Of a stretch of DNA of 64,000 bases, positions 1 through 9,861 are shown piece by piece. Made by a program: the position numbers and the translations under genes. The DNA comes from a virus (Duplodnaviria > Heunggongvirae > Uroviricota > Caudoviricetes), in the IMG/VR virus record IMGVR_UViG_2875713109_000001; one strand, given 5' to 3'. Each line of letters opens with the position of its first letter. Position 1 is the first letter of the stretch. Under the pieces are notes generated by a model that had not been told where the DNA came from, made no database searches, and saw only the letters and a list, made by a program, of their open reading frames with translations.

Positions 1-440
1 GATACTGGGTCAACCGTTGCAACGCGTTCCCCTTTCAAATCACGAGCGAGTTTAACCGTTTCTAACCGCTGTGCTTTAACATCCTCTGTTATTGCCTCTC
101 TTCGTCTATTTGGGGGATTGTGCGCTGTTGGTGCAGCCTGCTGTGCACGGTTAGTGACTTTGTCCTCCCGTATACGAGAAACGTCCCCTAAATTAAGCCG
201 TTTTATTGCGTCAACAATAGGGTCCACTGATGGCGCATTGGTCACAAAGTCAGGACGTGAATTTTCGATTGTGCGATTTAATGCCGACACACTGCGAGAG
301 ACAGGATCAACAGTTGCAACTCGTTCCCCTTTCAAATCTTCAACAGCTTCCCGAATACCTGCAAGCTCTTCCAGCTCTTTCGCGCTGGCGGTTTCAACTG
401 TCCTTATAACATCGTCAATATTGGCGTTTTTTCTTTCCAT
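1..440 (-). CDS. hypothetical repeat-containing protein, N-terminal part (gene runs off the window start)
   Basis: Minus-strand reading frame from ATG at 438-440 with no stop before position 1; translation MERKNANIDDVIRTVE... carries two copies of DLKGERVATVDPV encoded by DNA repeats near 10-50 and 305-345. Confidence 0.4.
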   Translation of the reverse strand, partial: MERKNANIDDVIRTVETASAKELEELAGIREAVEDLKGERVATVDPVSRSVSALNRTIENSRPDFVTNAPSVDPIVDAIKRLNLGDVSRIREDKVTNRAQQAAPTAHNPPNRRREAITEDVKAQRLETVKLARDLKGERVATVDPV

Positions 441-521
441 GATCTTATCGCCTACCGTTTCGGTTTAAGTTTTTCTTCCAGTTTCTCCAACAGGAAAAAC
501 GCATAGGATTCAGTAAGCCTT

Positions 522-1403
522 TCAGCGTCCTGAATCGGTATACCCCCATACAAAACCAGGTTGGACACTAAGGTCTGATAGCTTTTCAATCCCCACCTGT
601 GGAATGAAGTCGGTAGCCCGAAAGGGCACCCACAGACGGGTATATGCACCCTCTGTGGACTCCTTTTTATCCTGATTTGGGCATTTATGCGGCGGGAGAC
701 GAAGACGCATTTCACCTTTATCGATGTAGCACGGTAAACCATGTTCGAGCTTTTCATGAGCCAGTCGGATGTGTGCCGCCAGCTTCATAAATTCAGTATC
801 AATGGCCATCCGTTTAATCGTTTCATAACGACGCTCAGCCTGATCTTCACGAGTACCGCTAACATCGTTATAAAGCTCACACTGATAAGCGAATTCCCAA
901 AAACGCAAATCAACGATCGCTTCTTTGAATTCCGCGTCGTCTTCAGGTGGCAATGCTGCACGGCGCATCTCCAGCATTTCCATTGCCCAACCATCAAGCG
1001 GCACGATACGCCATTGATAAGGTACTCCCTCTACAGACACCTCAATATCGTCAATGAAAGGTTCCACTTCCAGGACCTGGATATCTTCAGCCAGAGCATT
1101 CATATCGCAATCGTAATAATGCTCTTTACCGCAATGTTTACAGGTGTAGGTGAATGTCTCGACCGGTGTTTCACGGGAGCCGGTAAATATCCACCATAAC
1201 GCGGTAATCCGGTCCTGCGCCGTCCATGTCAGGGGATCATGTTTCGCGGGTTCAGCCAGCAAGGCTTTTAAATACGCCGTTGTCTGTTGTTCTTGTTCCT
1301 CCGGTGTTATCGAGTTGAAACGCATCGCATCAGCAATATTTGGCTGACGGAACTGGATCAATTCAGTTGGCCGCGATGGTAGCGGGAAAAGGGGTAAAAG
1401 CAT
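522..1403 (-). CDS. hypothetical phage protein (late operon)
   Basis: 293-aa ORF with ATG start; Cys/His cluster CKHCGKEHYYDCD; tightly packed with neighbouring minus-strand genes. Confidence 0.5.
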   Translation of the reverse strand: MLLPLFPLPSRPTELIQFRQPNIADAMRFNSITPEEQEQQTTAYLKALLAEPAKHDPLTWTAQDRITALWWIFTGSRETPVETFTYTCKHCGKEHYYDCDMNALAEDIQVLEVEPFIDDIEVSVEGVPYQWRIVPLDGWAMEMLEMRRAALPPEDDAEFKEAIVDLRFWEFAYQCELYNDVSGTREDQAERRYETIKRMAIDTEFMKLAAHIRLAHEKLEHGLPCYIDKGEMRLRLPPHKCPNQDKKESTEGAYTRLWVPFRATDFIPQVGIEKLSDLSVQPGFVWGYTDSGR

Positions 1404-1417
1404 CCTTGCTCCTTAAT

Positions 1418-2029
1418 TCAAAGAGAAAAACTAAAGCCCAGAAGGGAAGCCAAAGAACTTGAGGATTGGTTAAACGTGCTGTGCAATGCGAAGGTCATTG
1501 GGAATGACTTAAATTCCGTAACCTGATCCCGCGCATAGGTGACATCGCCGGTAGTGACCGGGAATACCGTCATCTCATTTTCCAGTTTGGTTAAGCCGGA
1601 AGACAGCAACCGATAAATACGCACATTGAGCAAATATTTAGACGGTATATTCCCGGTACCGTCCGGATTGATCACCCGACTTTTTGCCGTCTTAAACCAG
1701 TCTAAAACGAGGCCATCAACGGTATCCCTGACCATCATTGTTATCTGCCCAGGCGAACGCTCCGTTGGTTGAAGGATATTCCCTCCGCCGATTTTAATCG
1801 TTTCATATTCGATGCTGTAATCGTGGTAGGTAATGTCTTTGGCAAAGAAGTCTGCCCCCTCCAGTCCATCAACTTCGACAGAGAACTGCCATCCTTGCGC
1901 GAACAGCATTTTGTTCATGATGATTGACGTCAGCTTACCAACTTCCCGCTCACCAACGCCGGAGCCAAATAATGTCGTCGTTAATGCCGAAGATACATAA
2001 GACTTTACTGAAGCAACATTAAGCCCCAT
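1418..2029 (-). CDS. hypothetical phage protein (late operon)
   Basis: 203-aa ORF with ATG start, 11 bp after upstream gene stop. Confidence 0.5.
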   Translation of the reverse strand: MGLNVASVKSYVSSALTTTLFGSGVGEREVGKLTSIIMNKMLFAQGWQFSVEVDGLEGADFFAKDITYHDYSIEYETIKIGGGNILQPTERSPGQITMMVRDTVDGLVLDWFKTAKSRVINPDGTGNIPSKYLLNVRIYRLLSSGLTKLENEMTVFPVTTGDVTYARDQVTEFKSFPMTFALHSTFNQSSSSLASLLGFSFSL

Positions 2030-2039
2030 ATCAGCCCCC

Positions 2040-2637
<598 letters not shown>

Positions 2638-2647
<10 letters not shown>

Positions 2648-2662
2648 TTGTCATTTGTGACA
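2638..2662 (-). promoter_or_regulatory. candidate Lpa-dependent late promoter
   Basis: Minus-strand read TGTCACAAATGACA-aactcg-TAGAAT; same core/spacing as other late-operon upstream regions in this window. Confidence 0.4.
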
Positions 2663-2686
2663 GTATGCTCGCAATCGTAGTGATTA

Positions 2687-3226
2687 CTACCACCAACTGC
2701 TAGCTTTCTTCTCTCTAGCTTTTCCTTCGCTTTGCAGTAAATCTTTACTTCCTGTAGAAATATTTCTATTTGCATCAGCCTCAGACTGAATTACATCTGT
2801 CTTAGCTGCTCTCTCCTTCAACTCCTGCTCTATAAAATCGTTTTCTCGCTGGACACGAGCCGCTTTTGCTTGCAGTTCGAGTTTCATGCTTTCGAGTTGC
2901 AGCTTGCGAAGCTCATCCTCATAAGCTTGATCTCGCTTCTTGTCATTTGCTAGCTCGGCTTCTCGTTTCGCTCTACGTTCATTTTCTGCAGCAACACGCT
3001 GTTTTTCGCGTGCAGCAGCGGCAGATGCTGCTTTTTCTCTTCTAATACGTTCAGCTTGTGCTTGTTGGCGAATAAGTTCTTTTCTGGCATCCTCAGCTTG
3101 CTGCTCTTTAGCTCGCCCTTCATTTTCCGCTTGAGCAATAGCAGCAATTTGACTTTGCAACGAGTTAGCCAAGGCAGTGCCTACACTAAACGTAGAAAAG
3201 ATTAGAAATAAAATAATTTTATTCAT
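2687..3226 (-). CDS. secreted coiled-coil protein
   Basis: Signal-peptide-like N-terminus MNKIILFLIFSTFSVGTALA followed by Ala/Glu/Arg/Lys-rich heptad-like sequence; visibly AT-rich DNA. Confidence 0.5.
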   Translation of the reverse strand: MNKIILFLIFSTFSVGTALANSLQSQIAAIAQAENEGRAKEQQAEDARKELIRQQAQAERIRREKAASAAAAREKQRVAAENERRAKREAELANDKKRDQAYEDELRKLQLESMKLELQAKAARVQRENDFIEQELKERAAKTDVIQSEADANRNISTGSKDLLQSEGKAREKKASSWW

Positions 3227-3229
3227 AAA

Positions 3230-3751
3230 TTATTTCTTTTCTGGACAAGTAGCATTTGGCTGAATTCGAGTTTCATTATCTTTAGTTGAAATAAGCACAG
3301 CAAGCCCCGTTGTAAACTGGCATGCTTTACCAACTTGAGTTGAAGTGAACACCTTAGTTCCTTCTTTATAAGTCAGTGAAACACCTTCAACAATTGTTTT
3401 ATCACTAACCAAAGAACCAGCCGCTGCACCAAGAGCCGCACCACCAGTACCGCCAGCTACAGCACCCAGTGTCGATGTGCCTTTAACATTATAACCGGCA
3501 ACGCCCCCAGCAACAGCTCCCAGTACCGCACCAAATGTCTGTGCCGCTTCTTTATTAGCTTTATTATCAACTTTCACTTTAGCTGGAAGCACAGAGATAA
3601 TATTGACTGTCTTTGTTTCCTGCTTCGAATTCAATTGAGCGGTATCATAAACATCGGCAGCATAATCAGCACCGCTAGATTGACACCCAGAAAGAAGAAT
3701 TGCAGATACAACAAGAGCGCATAAAGTATACTTTTTAGACATAAGAATCAT
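3230..3751 (-). CDS. lipoprotein with glycine-zipper segment
   Basis: Lipobox LLSGC after hydrophobic N-terminus; Gly/Ala-rich stretch GAVLGAVAGGVAGY...GAVAGGTGGAALGAAAG; alternative start at 3742. Confidence 0.55.
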   Translation of the reverse strand: MILMSKKYTLCALVVSAILLSGCQSSGADYAADVYDTAQLNSKQETKTVNIISVLPAKVKVDNKANKEAAQTFGAVLGAVAGGVAGYNVKGTSTLGAVAGGTGGAALGAAAGSLVSDKTIVEGVSLTYKEGTKVFTSTQVGKACQFTTGLAVLISTKDNETRIQPNATCPEKK

Positions 3752-4032
3752 CCCAGAAAAACAAAAACCGGCGAGAAGTTACCACGAGAACGGAAAGTAA
3801 ACAAGAATACTCCCATTGACTTATATCAAATAATCAACTTTTTATAAGCTATCCCTAACTTATTGTGTATAGCTGAAAAGTCAGAGATAAGTTCACCATC
3901 TGCATTATTTCTTAAGTTAATAGTTTATTGCTAACTTAATTTATGTATCGACTATTGATATCCATCTTAAAGTAACAATATCCCTCTGCATTATTTTTCA
4001 TCACAAATAATACATCTATTGCACTACGCTCA

Positions 4033-4049
4033 CCTGCTCTAATAAATTT
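4033..4049 (+). promoter_or_regulatory. C1 repressor operator-like site upstream of immI
   Basis: cctgctctaataaattt, 15/17 match to P1 C1 operator consensus ATTGCTCTAATAAATTT. Confidence 0.55.
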
Positions 4050-4199
4050 GTATTTTTAAGTCGCGAATGCTATCTTTTCGCATCATATTGACCTTTTAAT
4101 CGTTCAGGCTTATAGTTTCGCCGTCGTAGCAAATTCTGCGACCAGGTTTGACAGCCTGAATGATTGTGCGGACAACCGCAGATTTCCGATATTGCGGTA

Positions 4200-4295
4200 T
4201 TTTTGTGTCCGTTAAACCGCGTTACGCCCAAATTATGGTGGGGCGTGATGGGGAGGCTTCGGCCTGCTGGTTTCACAATCGCCAGTCTGTCAACC
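4200..4295 (+). ncRNA. c4: candidate c4-type antisense RNA (boundaries approximate)
   Basis: Between operator and icd; contains cacaatc complementary to gattgtg repeated at 4162-4168 and at 4346-4352 overlapping the icd Shine-Dalgarno; GC hairpin ggcttcggcc. Confidence 0.35.
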
Positions 4296-4363
4296 CTGTC
4301 ACGTCCTGCCACCTGTTTGACAGCGGGTAGCAGGTTGTTAAACCTGATTGTGAGGCCGTAACT

Positions 4364-4585
4364 ATGGTTAATGCCAATCCTTGCGCACGCCCAGAATTCA
4401 TCTGGCGTTTCTATTCCTGTAAAAAACACCACTATCACTTCGTTATCGCAGCAACTGAAGACGAAGCACGCTCTCAATTGCCTGATGGCCCCTGCATTTT
4501 TACTGCCCGTTTTTCAACTAACTCGCGCAATTCACTTAGTTACTGGAGCCTCCCCTTCTCTGCCGACGTTCAGGGGGGTTTATGA
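4364..4585 (+). CDS. icd: Icd-like cell-division interference protein
   Basis: 73-aa ORF, ATG with SD tgagg 8 nt upstream; stop overlaps ant start (ATGA); position between c4-like region and ant as in P1 immI. Confidence 0.65.
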   Translation: MVNANPCARPEFIWRFYSCKKHHYHFVIAATEDEARSQLPDGPCIFTARFSTNSRNSLSYWSLPFSADVQGGL

Positions 4586-5616
4586 AAACACCTCTCGTCA
4601 CCCGTAATGAAATAGCCGAAGCGATCGCCTTGCATACTGCCTGTATGCCGACACGGGAGATCCCCGGCGCAATTGCTAACTATTTCATGATAACCAGACG
4701 TTTTTATACCCGAACAGATAAGGCTGTGATCAACAGGCTACTGATAGCCGAGATCAGGGATTATTTGATTGAACAAGGACGTCTACGTTACGCAACAGTG
4801 GCAGCAGAAATGAGAAAGGAGGCACATAGAATGACCGGTAATAATTTAAATGTTGAAAAACCAGCACCTGTTGCTTCAGCTACGCCAGCACCAGCCCTGA
4901 ATGTCATCCCCAACACCGGAGACACAATCGACAGCCAAACATTGTTGAAGATGGTCAATGAGGCACGGAAATTATGTAGCGAAAAACCAGTTCGCAACAA
5001 TGATTTCATTGCCAGAGTTAAGGATGAGCTTGAAGGAGAAACCTACGAAATTTTCGTAGGTCAAAAAAACGGCGCAGAAATAGATATTATAACCATGACC
5101 TACAAACAAGCCCTGCGAGTTGCCGCGCGCGAGTCAAAAGCGGTCCGCCGTTCGCTGATCGACAAACTGGAAGAATTGCAGCAGGCAAACTCCCCTACCC
5201 CATCGATCCCCCAAACATTACCAGAAGCTCTACGCCTGGCTGCCGAGTTGGCAGAACAGAAAATGCAGTTGGAACAACAGCTGGTGGCCGCAGCCCCTAA
5301 AGTCGATTTTGCCGACCGGGTATCAGTGGCCAATGGAATCCTGATCGGGAACTTTGCAAAGGTCGTTGGACTTAAGCAAAACGCCCTTTTCTCATGGTTG
5401 CGCCAGAACGGCATTCTCATGGCTTTTGGTGCGCGCAAAAACGTACCGCGCCAACAGTACATCAACGCCGGGTATTTCACAGTGAAAGAAGTGGTGCTGG
5501 ATGATGAAAATGGCTACCAGATACGGCTGACGCCCCAATTAACGGGTAAAGGCCAGCAGTGGTTAACTCGCAAGCTACTTGATGCTGGTTTGTTAAAACC
5601 AGTAGCAATAGGTTAA
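4582..5616 (+). CDS. ant: antirepressor Ant (in-frame internal Met could give an Ant2-like form)
   Basis: 344 aa; C-terminal domain near-identical to the 51376..52491 product and similar to KilA C-terminus; immI position upstream of kilA-repL. Confidence 0.7.
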   Translation: MKTPLVTRNEIAEAIALHTACMPTREIPGAIANYFMITRRFYTRTDKAVINRLLIAEIRDYLIEQGRLRYATVAAEMRKEAHRMTGNNLNVEKPAPVASATPAPALNVIPNTGDTIDSQTLLKMVNEARKLCSEKPVRNNDFIARVKDELEGETYEIFVGQKNGAEIDIITMTYKQALRVAARESKAVRRSLIDKLEELQQANSPTPSIPQTLPEALRLAAELAEQKMQLEQQLVAAAPKVDFADRVSVANGILIGNFAKVVGLKQNALFSWLRQNGILMAFGARKNVPRQQYINAGYFTVKEVVLDDENGYQIRLTPQLTGKGQQWLTRKLLDAGLLKPVAIG

Positions 5617-5628
5617 CAAAAGAAAAAA

Positions 5629-5650
5629 ACCTGCCAGCAAACTGGCAGGT
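5629..5650 (+). terminator. hairpin after ant, weak terminator
   Basis: acctgccag-caaa-ctggcaggt followed by ttct; A-run on 5-prime side. Confidence 0.4.
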
Positions 5651-5694
5651 TTCTGAGCAGATCGTCCAACCCGATCTGGATCGAGTCAGAAAAA

Positions 5695-5711
5695 TTTGCT
5701 CTAATAAATTT
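5695..5711 (+). promoter_or_regulatory. C1 operator-like site upstream of kilA
   Basis: tttgctctaataaattt, 16/17 match to C1 operator consensus. Confidence 0.6.
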
Positions 5712-5780
5712 CGTTTTCTAAGTGCAAAGAATCACCATTTCGAGCTGGTGATTGAAGGTTGATGCAAATTTGGAGAAAAA

Positions 5781-6581
5781 ATGCAACAAACATTCAATGC
5801 GGATATGAATATATCAAACCTTCATCAAAATGTCGATCCTTCAACCACTCTGCCTGTTATTTGTGGTGTTGAAATTACGACCGACCGCGCTGGCCGTTAC
5901 AACCTTAATGCTCTACACAGAGCGAGCGGACTCGGTGCCCATAAAGCGCCAGCTCAATGGCTAAGAACGCTGTCAGCCAAACAGCTCATTGAAGAGCTTG
6001 AAAAAGAAACTATGCAGAATTGCATAGTTTCGTTCGAAGGCCGTGGCGGCGGCACTTTTGCACATGAATTGCTCGCAGTGGAGTACGCAGGTTGGATTTC
6101 TCCCGCGTTTCGGCTGAAGGTAAACCAGACATTTATCGACTATCGAGCTGGAAGATTACAACCTGCTATTCCGCAGAGCCTCCCAGAAGCTCTCCGTTTG
6201 GCTGCTGACCTGGCAGAGCAAAAGCAACGGCTGGAGCAAAAAATGCTGATGGATGCACCTAAAGTCGAATTCGCCGAACGCGTTGCTACCGCCAGCGGGG
6301 TTCTAATCGGCAACTATGCCAAAGTGCTCGGCCTGGGCCAAAACTATCTCTTCACCTGGTTGCGTGATAACGGAATTCTGATCGCAACCGGTGAACGCAG
6401 GAACGTCCCCAAACAAGAATACATATCCCGTGGGTATTTCACCCTTAAAGAAACCGTGATCGATACAAGCAATGGAAGCAGGATTTCTTTCACGACTCGT
6501 ATAACCGGCAAAGGTCAGCAGTGGCTGATGAAGCGATTGCTTGATGCTGGTGTGCTGGTACCTGTCGCGGCAACGCGCTAA
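5781..6581 (+). CDS. kilA: KilA-like protein
   Basis: 266 aa; ATG with SD tggagaaaaa; C-terminal domain homologous to Ant C-terminus; directly precedes repL. Confidence 0.7.
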   Translation: MQQTFNADMNISNLHQNVDPSTTLPVICGVEITTDRAGRYNLNALHRASGLGAHKAPAQWLRTLSAKQLIEELEKETMQNCIVSFEGRGGGTFAHELLAVEYAGWISPAFRLKVNQTFIDYRAGRLQPAIPQSLPEALRLAADLAEQKQRLEQKMLMDAPKVEFAERVATASGVLIGNYAKVLGLGQNYLFTWLRDNGILIATGERRNVPKQEYISRGYFTLKETVIDTSNGSRISFTTRITGKGQQWLMKRLLDAGVLVPVAATR

Positions 6582-6610
6582 CAGACGTAGTAAGAACCAC
6601 CAGCATTGTA

Positions 6611-7456
6611 ATGCTGGCTAAAGTCACTTTCCTGAGCTGTATAACGATGAGCGATTTTACTTTTTCTGGCTATGAATTGGCTTGCTTTGTAACACACTCC
6701 GGTCTATCCCGTAGCGCCGGGCATATCCTGTCGCAATGTGCAAATCTCGCGGCAACAACCAGTGAATACTTCATTCACAAGCCTCACCGCTTGATCGCGG
6801 CAGAAACTGGTTATAGCCAATCAACCGTCGTTCGTGCATTCCGTGAAGCTGTAAACAAAGGAATCCTGTCTGTAGAGATTGTTATCGGCGATCACCGTGA
6901 ACGTCGCGCTAACCTGTACCGGTTTACACCATCCTTTTTGGCCTACGCACAACAAGCCAAAAATGCGCTGATTGAAAGCAAATTAAAGATCTCTTCAGCC
7001 GCAACCAAGGTTAAAGCTGTTCTCGCTAAGACATTGGCTTTATTTAATTTTTTATCCACACCCCCATGTCAAAATGATACCCCCTCCCCCTGTCAGGATG
7101 ACGTGGCAATAAAGAATAAGAAGTCACAAGTTAAAAAAACAAAAAGATCAGTTTCCGGCGGTGCCGGAACGACCAGACTCAAAAAATTGACTTCATGGAT
7201 CGCTGAGGCAAAAGCAAAGGCTGACAATCTGCGGTTATCCAAAAAACGCGCTCAAAAACATGAGTTCAAGCAGAAAGTAGAGGCGGCAGCGCGGAAATAT
7301 GCTTACCTGAAGAACAAGCGTTCTCCTGATATTGACGGGGTATCAAACTTCGATAATTTGCCGCATTGCATGACGGTAAACGAAGCTCTTAATGCGGTTT
7401 TAGCCAAAAATAAAGATAACGAACAATGGGGTATACCGGCAGGATTCAGAGGGTAA
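6611..7456 (+). CDS. repL: lytic replication protein RepL
   Basis: 281-aa ORF immediately downstream of kilA, matching the P1 kilA-repL lytic replicon arrangement. Confidence 0.7.
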   Translation: MLAKVTFLSCITMSDFTFSGYELACFVTHSGLSRSAGHILSQCANLAATTSEYFIHKPHRLIAAETGYSQSTVVRAFREAVNKGILSVEIVIGDHRERRANLYRFTPSFLAYAQQAKNALIESKLKISSAATKVKAVLAKTLALFNFLSTPPCQNDTPSPCQDDVAIKNKKSQVKKTKRSVSGGAGTTRLKKLTSWIAEAKAKADNLRLSKKRAQKHEFKQKVEAAARKYAYLKNKRSPDIDGVSNFDNLPHCMTVNEALNAVLAKNKDNEQWGIPAGFRG

Positions 7457-7624
7457 TGAATTGTTCTAATTATAACCATGCATACTTTCAACGCCTCTAG
7501 TTTGCCATGAGGCAAACTCATAGGCGTCCTGGTAAGAGGGCACTGTTGCCAAAACTGGACGTCCCATTATTGCAATTAATAAACAACTAACGGACAATTC
7601 TACCTAACAATAAGTGGAGTTAAC

Positions 7625-8329
7625 ATGTTGAACCGAAGAACATTTAATGTATTCTGCGATGAATCCTGTCACCTACTAAATGATCATAATAAAGTCATGG
7701 TATTGGGTGCGCTTTGGTGCCCTGGCACTATCACAAAAAAAATTGCTAGAGACATCAAGGAATTAAAATTAAAACACAATCTAAAACCTGATTTCGAAAT
7801 CAAGTGGACTAAAGTATCTGCGTCCAAGGTTGAATTTTACTTAGATGTCGTAGATTACTTCTTCAGCAACCCAGCATTGCGCTTTAGAGGTGTTGTTGTT
7901 CCTGATAAAGAGCAACTGGACCATGCTCGATTCCATCAAGATCATAATACTTTCTATTATAAGATGTTTTTTTATGTCTTAAAAAACATAATAGAAAGTA
8001 ACAACACATACAATATCTACCTAGATATAAAAGATACTTTAGGTATTGAAAAAATTGAGAAATTAAGAGGAGTTCTTCACAATGATCGCTATGATTACAA
8101 TCATGAGTCGATAAACAGAATTCAACATATACGATCTCATGAAGTGCAACAATTGCAGCTAACGGATCTTTTCATTGGTGCGTTAGGCTACGTTCATCGA
8201 GGAATGAATAGCAACGCGGGAAAAATCCAAGTCATAAACAGGATAAAATCACATACAAACAGGGATTTACTAAAAAGCACTCTTCCAACAGAAAGTAAAT
8301 TTAATATTTTCGTGTGGGAGGCTCGCTGA
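7625..8329 (+). CDS. DUF3800-like protein, accessory
   Basis: 234 aa; N-terminal FCDES and C-terminal LQLTDLFIGAL resemble DUF3800 signature; ATG with SD ggag; AT-rich coding DNA. Confidence 0.5.
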   Translation: MLNRRTFNVFCDESCHLLNDHNKVMVLGALWCPGTITKKIARDIKELKLKHNLKPDFEIKWTKVSASKVEFYLDVVDYFFSNPALRFRGVVVPDKEQLDHARFHQDHNTFYYKMFFYVLKNIIESNNTYNIYLDIKDTLGIEKIEKLRGVLHNDRYDYNHESINRIQHIRSHEVQQLQLTDLFIGALGYVHRGMNSNAGKIQVINRIKSHTNRDLLKSTLPTESKFNIFVWEAR

Positions 8330-8793
8330 TGCTTCAAATGCCAGATTTATTGTACTTCAATGGAAGTTGGCAAGAGTATATAGACGATGTATATTATGTT
8401 GTCAGAGAAGACATTTTAATCTCTAATATAACGTTTAAGGGTCTCCCTGTTCGGTTACGTTATTCACCGGAATATGATGGGAAAGAGTTCGGATTTTGGC
8501 ATTTAGTATCAGAGGGAAAAATAGAAGAAGAACGAATACCTGATCTTGAACGGTGTAAGCGGATCCGCTGGATCGCGCATATGATAAGGAATTATAACCA
8601 TTCCGATATATCATGTTGGTCTGAAAGACGAGGACCAACTGAAGAATGGGTAATCTGGAACGAGTGTGAAAACTACGTTGTTGTGCTATCCGCACGTAGA
8701 GACTATTGGCTTCTTAAAACAGCCTATGTTGTAACCTATAACAGTAAAATCAGAACACTCAAACAAAGCAGAAAAAGAGCGCTTGGGACATAA
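8329..8793 (+). CDS. hypothetical protein, translationally coupled partner of the DUF3800-like gene
   Basis: ATG overlaps upstream stop (TGATG), SD gggagg 7 nt upstream; contains RIRWIAH (R-x5-H) motif; alternative GTG start at 8314. Confidence 0.45.
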   Translation: MLQMPDLLYFNGSWQEYIDDVYYVVREDILISNITFKGLPVRLRYSPEYDGKEFGFWHLVSEGKIEEERIPDLERCKRIRWIAHMIRNYNHSDISCWSERRGPTEEWVIWNECENYVVVLSARRDYWLLKTAYVVTYNSKIRTLKQSRKRALGT

Positions 8794-8800
8794 AAAAGCT

Positions 8801-8832
8801 GAACCCGACACATATTGCTATGTATCGGGTTC
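8801..8832. terminator. hairpin closing the 7625..8793 module
   Basis: aacccga / tcgggtt stem read directly; weak T tract. Confidence 0.35.
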
Positions 8833-8959
8833 GATCGCTCTTTCTACACATGGTAGATGAGTAAGGCAAATCTAACCGATCTACTTTAGCTTTTCAATAG
8901 CTAGCTATAACTTTCCGCACATATTCTTCTGATAATTCCAGTATGGCTGTTGGGTTTTC

Positions 8960-9256
8960 TTATGCTTTTCTGCGCAGAGGTGCACATTTATTCAGCAACA
9001 ATAAATGTAATTCTTTGTTATTCCTAAGTATTTCGACACACCAATATCGTAACGTGTTCACTTCAAGTGTAGCCAGCACCTTATGTCGAAGTCCTCCCTC
9101 CCCTGCACATAACGATGACTGACATTCTGCTAAGGCACATAACCATGTATTGGCATCATAGAGAATCCAATAATGCTCCTCTGAAATAGTTTTGCATCCA
9201 ATTATTTCGAATCTTCGTTCTATCGTTTCAGGAGAGTATGAAAAATCAATTTCCAT
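8960..9256 (-). CDS. hypothetical protein, last gene of tail operon
   Basis: 98-aa ORF, ATG start, AT-rich. Confidence 0.35.
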   Translation of the reverse strand: MEIDFSYSPETIERRFEIIGCKTISEEHYWILYDANTWLCALAECQSSLCAGEGGLRHKVLATLEVNTLRYWCVEILRNNKELHLLLLNKCAPLRRKA

Positions 9257-9340
9257 AATATGCTCAAAATTTCGCTATACCAGCATAATTTAAGCACAAA
9301 AAAAGCTCCCGCAGGAGCTTTAAAATACAAGGGATGACTC

Positions 9341-9850
9341 TTAATCCCACTCAATCCAGTTGTAAACGATACGAAGTGACGGGCGCACAGCGGCAGTCAC
9401 ATCTTCGGTACTAAAGTCGATTGCATCACTGTAGATTTTGCAGTCCAACATTTCAATTGTTGTAGCAGCTTTTGTCACAGCGTTAACCCCGGAAGATTTG
9501 GATTCAGGGGTCGCAGCCATCGTGATATCAACATAGTCCTTCGCCGCAATGCGATCTTTAATGAACTGAAGAATATCGCCTTCGATAGTCTCCACGCACT
9601 GGACCTGGATTTCCCCGGAGTTACGGATTGGACCGTGCTGGTTGAACTTCACACCATTCGGACCATAGTCCTCCACATCCTCGCGGGTCATTTCAGGAAT
9701 TTGCGACGTGCGAACCAGTACGCTGATATCTTCATGGCCTGCAAAAGTGAGCTGGAATTCAGAAGATACCAGTCGTTCGCCTTTGGCCGCGTTGGCAGTA
9801 TAGCGGCCCTTAATAAATTTACGGTTTCCCTTAGTGTTATTGTGCCCCAT
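9341..9850 (-). CDS. putative tail tube-like protein
   Basis: 169 aa, size and C-terminal YNWIEWD reminiscent of T4 gp19-type tube proteins; sits in tail gene block. Confidence 0.4.
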   Translation of the reverse strand: MGHNNTKGNRKFIKGRYTANAAKGERLVSSEFQLTFAGHEDISVLVRTSQIPEMTREDVEDYGPNGVKFNQHGPIRNSGEIQVQCVETIEGDILQFIKDRIAAKDYVDITMAATPESKSSGVNAVTKAATTIEMLDCKIYSDAIDFSTEDVTAAVRPSLRIVYNWIEWD

Positions 9851-9861
9851 ATAAAATCCTT

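Noticed and set aside
118-468. Plus-strand 116-aa ORF at the window start
   Set aside because: Low-complexity Ser/Thr/Ala-rich translation lying antisense to a better minus-strand gene (ATG at 440 with internal repeats); treated as a shadow ORF.
452-757. Minus-strand 101-aa ORF overlapping the 522..1403 gene
   Set aside because: Entirely overlapped in another frame by the longer 293-aa ORF that fits the operon packing.
5190-6581. Repeated Ant/KilA C-terminal domain as an insertion sequence or transposon
   Set aside because: No transposase, no terminal inverted repeats; the copies are in-frame protein domains of paralogous genes.
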